Of a stretch of DNA of 64,000 nucleotides, positions 1-8,658 are shown piece by piece. How positions within the stretch are numbered: the first letter of the stretch is position 1; every line of letters starts with the position of its first letter. Both the position numbers and the translations under genes were made by a program. Under the pieces are notes generated by a model, which was given only the letters and a program-made list of their open reading frames with translations, did not search any database and was not told the DNA's origin. The DNA is from Schmidtea nova (Eukaryota): NCBI GenBank assembly GCA_044892505.1, contig CM097883.1:58218001-58282000 (forward strand), read 5' to 3'.

Positions 1-155
1 TTTACTAATATTTACATTACCACAAATTACATTGACAATAACCTCAAGCAAATCCTCAATAACAAATGGGGAAAAGCCTGTAAGATTGTCATACGTTTAT
101 TAATTGGAGCCTTTATCAAGGCATTAAAATATGGTAAACTGCGTTCAATTTTCAT
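1..155 (-). pseudogene. Polinton/adintovirus-type small conserved ORF (partial, frameshifted)
   Basis: Manual translation MKIERSLPYFNALIKAPINKRMTILQAFP/FVIEDLLEVIVNV..GNVNISK. From memory, it resembles the 'L..L.KA...R..IL......I..I.E...N...GN' ORF that accompanies Maverick ATPases. 1-nt indel near 70; runs off the window. Confidence 0.55.
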
Positions 156-185
156 TATTAGCAGCTTTTTCACAATTTGTTTTGT

Positions 186-350
186 TTATAATTTAATCCA
201 TTTCTTCTTTGATTTCTTGATTTTTGACTTCTTTTTCAATGATATCTTCTTTAATGATGTCTTCTTTAATGACATCTTCTTTACCTTTAAGTTTTGTTGT
301 TTATCAGATTTACCAATAACGGGTTGAACAACGAATTTTTTGAATGACAT
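186..350 (-). CDS. Small Lys-rich ORF (54 aa), possible viral core/basic protein
   Basis: ATG at 350 in AAAAATG context; MSFKKFVVQPVIGKSDKQQNLKVKKMSLKKTSLKKISLKKKSKIKKSKKKWIKL*, 21/54 Lys. An alternative frame of the repeat reads acidic (KEDVIKEDII), so the true frame is uncertain. Confidence 0.35.
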   Translation of the reverse strand: MSFKKFVVQPVIGKSDKQQNLKVKKMSLKKTSLKKISLKKKSKIKKSKKKWIKL

Positions 351-373
351 TTTAATTAATTAATTTTACGATT

Positions 374-997
374 TCAATTTTGTTTATAAACTGTTATACC
401 TTTTTCATTGAAAAGATCAGTTCTTATACGTAAATCATCAGGACATTGTTGTGTAAAGTCGAAAAACAGATATCCATGAGGAATTTTAGTTGCATCTTGA
501 AATGAATCAAGTAAAAATTTTCTATCATTAGGGTATGCTTGTCTTGCAAGAAAATCAATAATTGTTGCATCTCGGGGGTTTTTGAATATAACCAAATATT
601 GTACATTTAAATTCCGGGTTCTATGACTACCACCTTGATGGAATACATTTTGAGTAATGAAAATAACTGTAACACCCAAGTGTCTACTAATTTTTGTAAA
701 TAAATTATTGAAATCTTTTTCTTTATTTGCTTCCTGATACAAGTCATCGATAATTATAACATCACCTTGTTGTAATCTAAATGACCAATTTTTATCAAAA
801 CCTTTTATAATAGTCATTTTTAATTTACAAAACTGATCTTGAGTCAATCCATGTTCTTCATCAGCACCCGGATGCCAATAAATTTTATTGAATTGCGATT
901 TAAACATTTTTGATTGTAATAATTTACATACAAACAATGTTTTCCCACTACCACTGGGTTCTACTATTTGATATACGGCATCATTTCTTAATTCAAT
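374..997 (-). CDS. A32/FtsK-like DNA packaging ATPase, type 1 (possibly inactivated)
   Basis: The listed ORF extends 20 in-frame codons upstream: I(ATT at 997)ELRNDAVYQIVEPSGSGKT. Walker A has G>E. Also Walker B IIIDD, LFTKISRH, ITQNVF, RTRNLN, FKNPRD, LARQAYP, DATKIPHGYLFFD and RIRTDLF, typical of Maverick ATPases. Confidence 0.9.
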   Translation of the reverse strand: MELRNDAVYQIVEPSGSGKTLFVCKLLQSKMFKSQFNKIYWHPGADEEHGLTQDQFCKLKMTIIKGFDKNWSFRLQQGDVIIIDDLYQEANKEKDFNNLFTKISRHLGVTVIFITQNVFHQGGSHRTRNLNVQYLVIFKNPRDATIIDFLARQAYPNDRKFLLDSFQDATKIPHGYLFFDFTQQCPDDLRIRTDLFNEKGITVYKQN

Positions 998-1049
998 TTT
1001 TAATTAATTAATTAATTAATATTGTTTATATTTGTTTAATTAATCAAAA

Positions 1050-1484
1050 ATGTTGAGCAACATCAATTATAAAGGTAAATGTTTAGTTCCCGGCATGATA
1101 TTCCCGAGTGGCAAACCGAAACAAGTTGTTGACAGAAGCGGCAAGTACCCCATCATTTTCTTCAAATCTGGCAAGTGTCGGGTAATGGGATGCAAACAAC
1201 CGTTAAAGCCGGGGGATTCGAAATTCAAGATTAAAAATTTAGAGATTCAATCAATTACCGTGACGGTCGATGTCGGAAAATTTATAAATTTATACGAATT
1301 ACAAAAGAAATGTCGTTGTTGGTTCGAACCAGAAATATTCCCAGCATTACGTCTACAGAAATTTGATCCAGTATGTGTCAATGTCTTTGGCAGCGGAAAA
1401 GTAGTTATACTTGGAATTAAAACTTTGGATTTTAAAAATTATGTGGAAAATATAATTAATGAAATAAATACATTAATTAATTAA
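1050..1484 (+). CDS. TATA-binding-protein (TBP)-fold protein, element-encoded, 144 aa
   Basis: Intact ATG..TAA ORF with two TBP-like repeats: IFFKSGKCRVMG, and IQSITVTVDV..INLYEL..WFEPEIFPAL..VNVFGSGKVVILG (cf. eukaryotic TBP IQNMVGSCDV..YEPELFPGL..LIFVSGKVVLTG). Confidence 0.85.
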   Translation: MLSNINYKGKCLVPGMIFPSGKPKQVVDRSGKYPIIFFKSGKCRVMGCKQPLKPGDSKFKIKNLEIQSITVTVDVGKFINLYELQKKCRCWFEPEIFPALRLQKFDPVCVNVFGSGKVVILGIKTLDFKNYVENIINEINTLIN

Positions 1485-1534
1485 ATAAATTTTGTTTGTA
1501 TTAATTGTTACTCATTGATTGTGAAAATTTGAAA

Positions 1535-1879
1535 ATGTCTAAAAGTAAGAGTATTTTTATTTTTATTTTTATATTAATTTATTCTTTTAGTTTATTTGCT
1601 CGAAGTACTTCTCAAGAAGATCCAAGATTTATATCCAAAGATTAAAAGTAATCTCGATTATTGCGCCCCGAGTTGTTGGTACATAAAATATACCAATATA
1701 CAGGGATCAATATCGAGGAGTTGCTTGAAATGCACTATGATATAGTGCTTGGAGCTGGAGTCAAGTGCGTTGAAAATTGCATTGTTTGTAAGGAATCAAT
1801 GCATGTTTCATGCACCAATGGATGTGCTTGTTGCCACGATTTTAAAAGACAACAATCTGTGCATATCTTGGTTGCTTAA
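1535..1879 (+). CDS. Putative spliced Cys/His-rich small ORF (possible Zn-binding protein)
   Basis: ATG at 1535, GTAAGA donor at 1545, T-rich ...TTTTAG acceptor at 1590 (46-nt intron) give MSKIYLLEVLLKKIQDLYPKIK. The Cys-rich frame 1661-1879 (CVENCIVCKESMHVSCTNGCACCH) needs a frameshift to join. Confidence 0.35.
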
Positions 1880-1985
1880 ATGAGAAAGGTATACTATGAT
1901 GACCTTTACAATACAAATTAATTGCTGAAGATTTATTTAAATAAAGATTTATTTTAAAAATTGTGTTTTTTATTGTTTTTTATAT

Positions 1986-2537
1986 CTTAACGAATTCAAC
2001 TGCGAAATTAACATCGTTGCTGGTGACACCGATTCATTTTTTCTTGAGATTAGAAATTGTAAGCTTGATATTCTTTTACCGGCCATGATAAGAGATAACT
2101 TACTTGACACTTCTAATTATGATCCGAATCACTTATTATACAGTAGGAACCTAGATTCCGTCATTGGTAAATTCAAAGAGTAGAATAAAAGATTCAATTA
2201 TGATGAGTGGCTATTCCTTAGGCCAAAGTGTTACAGTCTTTTAGGTGATGAAGAGTGCATTAAGGCTAAGGGTATAACATTGAAGGATACTAAACTGAAT
2301 CATCAGTCGTATCTAGATTGTTATAATAATAATTCAATAGTTTCTGTTGATCAGTCGAGAATAGTTAGTAAGAATCATCAACTCTTTACTAATAAATCTT
2401 CTAAGATTGCCTTGACTAATCTTGACGACAAAAGACTTTGGGTGGGAAAAAATGTTAGTCTGGCTTATGGACATTTTAAGGGAATTGATGTGGTTATGGG
2501 TGTGCGTAAAGATGCTGCTGATGAACAATTTGCCTGA
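1986..2537 (+). pseudogene. Protein-primed family B DNA polymerase, C-terminal fragment
   Basis: In-frame translation from 1986: IVAGDTDSFFLEI..LDTSNYDPNHLLYS..VIGKFKE*..FLRPKCYS..IKAKGI..KIALTNLDDKRLW..SLAYGH. One internal stop near 2180; N-terminal two-thirds absent. Confidence 0.9.
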
Positions 2538-3067
2538 AGATGATAAGATTTATTTAAATAAAGTTTTATTTATTTATTTATTTATTTAAATACTTTGTGT
2601 TTTTTGTTGTTTTTCTAGTTAATATTACTTTTTATTGTTGAGCGTTAAATTCTGATTATTTATATGTTAAGGTTCTTGAATTTTAACCATTTTTAACCAA
2701 GTAAGGTTTTTTCATGTTAAATTTACCGGAGAAGACCAATTTTTCATGTTTTTACTTTTTGACCCTTTTTTGTTCGCCATTGAATTCCCAGTAGATTGGT
2801 ATAAAAATTATTTAAATCTGAGCATTTTTGAAAGTTTTGGGAAAAATTTTGAAAAAATTAATTTATTTTATATTTTTTGTAAAAATTATATAAAAATAAA
2901 TAAAAATTAATAAATTACAGTATTATGCAAGAATTTAAATTTGTATATAAAATAACATAACAATGACGTAATTGTTATGCAATAATTATATGCAATAATT
3001 ATATGTAATAATTATATGTAATTTTATACAACGAAAACCGAAATTGTAATATTGCCGAAAACCCAGG

Positions 3068-4049
3068 TCATTTATTGGGAAAATATTTCTTTAAAATTTT
3101 GATGTATTTTTCCGTTGTAATTAATTTTAATTCCAAAAGTCGTTTCAAAATTGCATTGACATGATTAAAAGTATTTGAATGACTAGCTTTTGTTGCAGCT
3201 AATAATTTGATTAATTGATAAAACAATTCTATAGGATTATCTGGAAAAAAAATCAGCGGAGCCTCGGTTTCACTGATAATGGGTTCGACAGAGCCGTCAA
3301 CCCCTTTTACTTTACGAGAAACATCTAAGCGAGGAGGAGTATCTTCGAGTCTACTCTTTGGTGAAGCCGAAAAGTTTTTGCAATATTATCAAGCTCTCTA
3401 ATAGCTGTCTGAGCATCTTCCTCGGCAGCAGAAGCTTTCCGTTCATGAATAGTTGTTAAAGCTTTACTTATATTTTTACAATAATTTATTCCACTAAAAT
3501 TTGTAACATCTTCTGTTAATAATATGAAGTCTTGTGCAGATTCTTGTTTTACTACAAGATTATCATTTTTATCTAGAGCATTTCCTTCAAAACATGATTG
3601 AAGATCATTATTCCATTTGTATTTTTTTTATTATCATTTCTATAAATATATGTGATGGGGTCGCCTTTAATTTTTGTAAAATGATAAATTTGTTTTCCTA
3701 TTTTTAAAAAATATGCACGTTTTTCTTTTCCCTCGTTGGTAAATACTTTTGTGGTATCAAGTTCTGGTACAATTTTGTTTTCTAAAACATTTCTGTTTAA
3801 TTGAAAATCTATAATATATTCTTTATCAAGATCTTTGATTTCCAATGGTTTCATAGATCTTTTAATTTCTTCAACTTTTATAATAGCTTGTTTAAACCTT
3901 TCATCTTGTACATATTTTTCTATTGCGTGTTGATTCCATTTTTAAATCGCAGAAATTAAATCTTGTACATGGTCAAGATACCGCAGGTTCCCTGATTTTG
4001 TTTGATTAAATGTTTCTGGATCTTGCTTAATAATTTGACAAGTACTCAT
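3068..4049 (-). pseudogene. Degraded Polinton ORF with conserved C-terminal helical motif
   Basis: ATG at 4049 in frame with ORF 3573-3854 across one stop. After frameshifts it ends FFPDNPIELFYQLIKLLAATKASHSNTFNHVNAILKRLLELKLI..FPNK*, resembling the 'P.DPNEL..RL.LL.AS..AGN' C-terminus seen in Polinton ORFs. Confidence 0.6.
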
Positions 4050-4122
4050 TTTTTATTATTTAATTTCAGTGGAACTGCGTTCAACAGAACGGGGTTCATA
4101 TGATGTTTTTATACATTTGTTG

Positions 4123-4713
4123 TCACTCTTTATCCAAAGCTATATAATTATGTTTTTTTGCAAGATGTGGATTTAATAAATTAAATTCATCCTTTTCAAT
4201 AATGTTTGAAAACAAGTCTGAATAAATATTATCTTTATTTCTTTTACTTAATTGAAAAAATACAAAAAATTTAGAATTACCTCGTATACTTCTACTTGGT
4301 AAATCATAATAATTTTGAGATAAATATATACAATTACATTTATTATGTCGACCACGAGTAAAATATGATTCCATTATTTCTTGATTTTTATCATTTACAC
4401 AATCATCAAAAACTATTAAATTCTTTTTATTTGATTTTAATTCATCGCATGTCGGAATTTCATAATATTTATTAGACATGGTTACATTAATAATTGGTTT
4501 TGGATTTCCTTTTATTTCTGCAAGAGATTCACAAATTATTTTTGTGGTCAGCGGAGCAGGGTACCTGTGGTCTTCGCTCGTGTCTTGAAACGAGTTTTGA
4601 TTTTTAAAAATATAAATTACATCTTGTTTTGTTAGACCATTAGTAAAACCATGAAATATTATTTGCATTTCTGGTTGTGTAATAGTTTTACTAAATATAA
4701 TCAAATTGTCATA
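4123..4713 (-). pseudogene. A32-like packaging ATPase, type 2, 3' part (interrupted by hAT)
   Basis: YDNLIIFSKT..NLIVFDD (Walker B)..YFTRGRHNKCNCIYLSQNYYDLP..IRGN; joins in frame to 7628-7789 when the hAT and one TSD are removed. Confidence 0.88.
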
Positions 4714-4986
4714 GTCTAGATCAGGGGTGCCCATAAGGTCGATCGCGATCTACCGGTAGATCGCGAAGGATTTTTTAGTAGATCTTCATAAAAAAAATAT
4801 TTTTTATATAAATTTAGATTTTATATAAAATTTCTGTTTTATGCTTAAATTTTTTGCCAATTTTCATGTTCTGTGTTCCATTTCTATGGTAATACTAAAT
4901 AACATAAATAACATAAATAACAAAGTGAAAAATTTTCTTAAGCTTTTTTGTTAAATTAATTTTGTTTGTTTTGTTTCAATAAACAA

Positions 4987-6871
4987 ATGCTAAATAAAAA
5001 AATGCTAAATAAAAAAATGCTAAATAAAAAAGCCAAGACTTATCATTATAGCGAAGAAATGGAGAAGGAGTACTTTTTTGTAATGATTAAAGGTAAATGT
5101 TGTTGCTTAATTTGTAAAGCTACTATTTCATTACCAAAAAGAGGGAATTTGGAAAGGCATTTCAAGACAATTCATAAGACTTTTGCAGTTGATTATCCAC
5201 TTGACAGTGAACTACGCAAGTCTAAAATCATGGAACTGAAAACATGCATTTCTTTTCAACAGTCATTTTTTACGAAGCTAACATCCAAATCAAAGTCAGC
5301 TACAGCTGCATCTTTCCGAGTAAGCTACATTCTGGCAAAAAATAAGAAATCTTTTAGTGATGGAGTAATTGTAAAAGAAGCATTTTTATAAGCGGCAGAA
5401 TCATTATTTTGTGATTTTAAAAATAAATCAGATATAATTTCTGCTATTACTGATATGCAATTGTCCCGTAATACAGTTACACGGAGAGTCGAAGAAATAA
5501 GTTCCAATTTAAAAAATCAGTTAATGTTAGACATAGGAAATTGTACCGCATTTTTATTGCAAGCAGACGAATCAACTGATGCGGCTGATATTTCGCAGCT
5601 TATAATTTTTATTCGAATGGTCTTTAAAGATTTTTCTACGAAGGAAGAATTATTAACAATTATACCACTCAAAAGTAAAACTCGAGGTGAGGATATATTT
5701 CAGAATTTTAAAGCTTGTGCCAACAGCATTCAGCTCCAAATTTGTAAGCTTGTATCAAACAACAGATGGCGCACCAGCTATGACAGGGCGTCACAACGGA
5801 TTTATAGCATATTATAGGAATGATTGTGAATTCCCAGATTTTCTTTCCTACCACTGTATTATTCATCAACAAGCCTTGTGTGCTAAATTTCTGAATATGA
5901 GAGATATTATGGAAATAACATTAAAAATTGCTAACTCGATTCGTGCAAGAAGTCTTCAGAGACGACTTTTCAAATTACAAATTGAAGAAAGTAATAGCGA
6001 AGGTCCTACTGAATTACTGATGCATTCAGATGTAAGGTGGCTAAGTAGAGGAAAATTCTTACAAAGATTTAGAGATTTGCTTTCTGAGATTAAGTTGTTC
6101 CTTGCCGCAAGAGGTGATGAGTTCAAGCAATTGGAAAATGATGTTTGGCTCTTGGATTTGGCATTTTTAGTAGATATTACTGCAATTCTGAATGAATTAA
6201 ATCTCGACTTACAAGGTAAGGATAAATTGATATTCGATATGATAAGTTCAATCAATGCATTTATACAGAAGCTTCATTTACTTATTACCAAAATAGAAGA
6301 CAAAAATTTAAGTTATTTTCCAAATATGTTGTCACAATTAAAAGAATCTGAAAATGTCAACTTTAATATTACGAGATATGCGGAACAGATCAAAATTTTG
6401 GTTTAAGAGTTCGAGAGACGTTTTCAAGACTTCAAGAAACTTGAAATTGTGGCTGCATTTATGTCCTTTCCGTTTAATCCAAAAATAAAACCAGAAATTG
6501 TTGCAGATTCAATTTCAACTTTGTTTAAAATGGATATCCCTATACTTGAAATGGAAAGAATCACACTTCAAAATGATATCTTCATTAAATCAAGATCTTC
6601 CGAACCAAATGTATGGAAATATCTATCAGAGGATAAATATTCAAACTTGAAAAAATGCTTCGAAAATTTAGTATCATTTTTTGGTTCAACTTATTTATGT
6701 GAGTCTGCTTTTTCACATATGAAAATTATAAAGTCAAAGTACCGAGCAACATTAACAGATGACCATTTGGAATCCAGCCTAAGAAGTTATCTTAGCACTT
6801 ATATCCCAAACTACAAAAATCTAGTGGATTCAACCCATTGTAGAGCATCAACATCGAAAAGTTCTATATAA
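4987..6871 (+). pseudogene. hAT (Buster/SPIN-like) transposase, inactivated
   Basis: Zn finger CLICK..NLERHF..H, LQADESTD, TTDGAPAM, YHCIIHQQALC, VRWLSRG, STYLCESAFS. In-frame stops at 5389 and 6404; frameshift near 5760. Confidence 0.93.
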
Positions 6872-7627
6872 AAATAATTTTCATTAAATTTGATTTCCTA
6901 AGTTACATTTTTTTATAATAAATAGTTATATACTTTAATTTTCCATATTTTGACATATATTTGTTTTATTGTGATGAATTTATTGCATTGGAGGTAAATA
7001 TTATGTAAGTATTAAAAAAGTAGATCGCATACACATTTTGGATGTGAATGTAGCTCTCCTAGAAAAATTAGTGGGCACCCCTGCTATACTTGAAATGGAA
7101 ATATTCACACTTCAAAATGATATCTTCATTAAATCAAGATCTTCCGAATCAAATGTATGGAAATATCTATCAGAGGATAAATATTCAAACTTGAAAAAAT
7201 GCTTCGAAAATTTAGTATCATTTTTTGGTTCAACTTATTTATGTGAGTCTGCTTTTTCACATATGAAAATTATAAAGTCAAAGTACCGAGCAACATTAAC
7301 AGATGACCATTTGGAATCCAGCCTAAGAAGTTATCTTAGCACTTATATCCCAAACTACAAAAATCTAGTGGATTCAACCCATTGTAGAGCATCAACATCG
7401 AAAAGTTCTATATAAAAATAATTTTCATTAAATTTGATTTCCTAAGTTACATTTTTTTATAATAAATAGTTATATACTTTAATTTTCCATATTTTGACAT
7501 ATATTTGTTTTATTGTGATGAATTTATTGCATTGGAGGTAAATATTATGTAAGTATTAAAAAAGTAGATCGCATACACATTTTGGATGTGAATGTAGCTC
7601 TCCTAGAAAAATTAGTGGGCACCCCTG
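6540..7627 (+). repeat. Tandem 544-bp duplication of the hAT 3' end including the right TIR
   Basis: Copy 1 6540-7083, copy 2 7084-7627; both end in TGGGCACCCCTG; about 3 substitutions between copies. Confidence 0.9.
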
Positions 7628-7789
7628 GTCTAGATAATCTGGTGTTAGTAATATTTTATTTAACAAAACTGTTTTACCACTTCCAGATGGTCCAACAATC
7701 AACATTCTAAAACTTTCTGGAATTATTGGATTGTGATTAAATTTTACAACATTTCTATTCCATACAGGCATAAAATCGGTAGCACTCAT
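7628..7789 (-). pseudogene. A32-like packaging ATPase, type 2, 5' part
   Basis: MSATDF..FRMLIVGPSGSGKTVLLNKILLTPDYLD, intact Walker A; the reading frame is cut exactly at the hAT TSD. Confidence 0.88.
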
Positions 7790-7861
7790 TTTTAATTCAA
7801 CTATTTATTATTTTTTTAATTCAACAATTTATTTTTTAATTCAACAATTTAATTTAATTTA

Positions 7862-8339
7862 TCATTTTTCAGGCCGAAGGTATATACCATCACCATCAAT
7901 TTCAATTTCAATATTTTTCTTGTTTAATTTTTTAATAGTGGGATTATTGGGAATAATACTTTTTAAATATTTTGTGTTTGCTTTAGGTATACCCCTTTTC
8001 CTGTTGAGAGTTTATCTTTCTGTGCTTATCTTTGTTTTCCATCTTTTATTGCTGAAACAATCGAGGCAGTTGTTGCACCTGCAGCAGTTACTCCAGCAAA
8101 TATCAAAGGTAACAATGACAACAAGGGAATAATTCAACCTTCCTTTTCAGCGGAGCTGCGCTGTTGTCCTTGTGATTGTAATTCTTTTAATTGATGTAGT
8201 TTTTCTTTTGAAATGTATAACTTCTTGTCATTTATTTTAATTGTTTTTGGTGTATTGTTTTTGACAATATCTTGAAGTTTATTTTCCAATTCAGCAGTCA
8301 ACGAGTTGCACTAATCGTCGAAGACGGGACTTTGTCCAT
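7862..8339 (-). pseudogene. Polinton core/membrane-active-type ORF (degraded)
   Basis: Frameshifted translation includes KEG*IIPLLSLLPLIFAGVTAAGATTASIVSAIK, GKGVYLK and GDGIYLRP, matching the 'GG.LPLL...A.G' and 'G.G.YL.P' motifs of Polinton structural ORFs. Confidence 0.6.
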
Positions 8340-8362
8340 TTTTATATAAAAATTTCTATAAA

Positions 8363-8626
8363 ATGGTTATTGAATTTGAATTTGAAAATAAAAAGAAGAA
8401 GAAATTTGAAGGCAGTGGAATATTTTTAAATCCATATCCATATAAACAAAATTTGCAGAGCCACAGCTTCGCTGATATTGGTAATGGTGTTGGTGGTGAA
8501 ATTGACCATACAAAAATGTTTTTGGAAGCACTAAATGCTCCTCTTACAGTTCGAAATAAAAGTGGTGCTGGTTTTGTACAAGTAGAGCGCAGATCGCAGG
8601 TACCCTGCTCCGCTGAGAAAATATAA
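8363..8626 (+). CDS. Small Polinton ORF with basic patch and G-x-G-I-F-L-x-P-Y motif
   Basis: AAAATG start; KKKKKFEGSGIFLNPY. Confidence 0.45.
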   Translation: MVIEFEFENKKKKKFEGSGIFLNPYPYKQNLQSHSFADIGNGVGGEIDHTKMFLEALNAPLTVRNKSGAGFVQVERRSQVPCSAEKI

Positions 8627-8658
8627 TCAGGGAACCTGCGGTGTTTAATCCAAGATTA

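Larger units (their letters stand above)
4722..7627 (+). mobile_element. hAT DNA transposon, Buster/SPIN (GTF2IRD2-like) group
   Basis: Perfect 12-bp TIR CAGGGGTGCCCA; 8-bp TSD GTCTAGAT at 4714-4721 and 7628-7635 (nnnTAnnn); subterminal GATCGC motifs; encodes a transposase. Confidence 0.95.

Noticed and set aside
1050-1484. Interpretation as the host's own TBP gene
   Set aside because: Too short and divergent (repeat 1 truncated), intronless, and embedded among Polinton genes.
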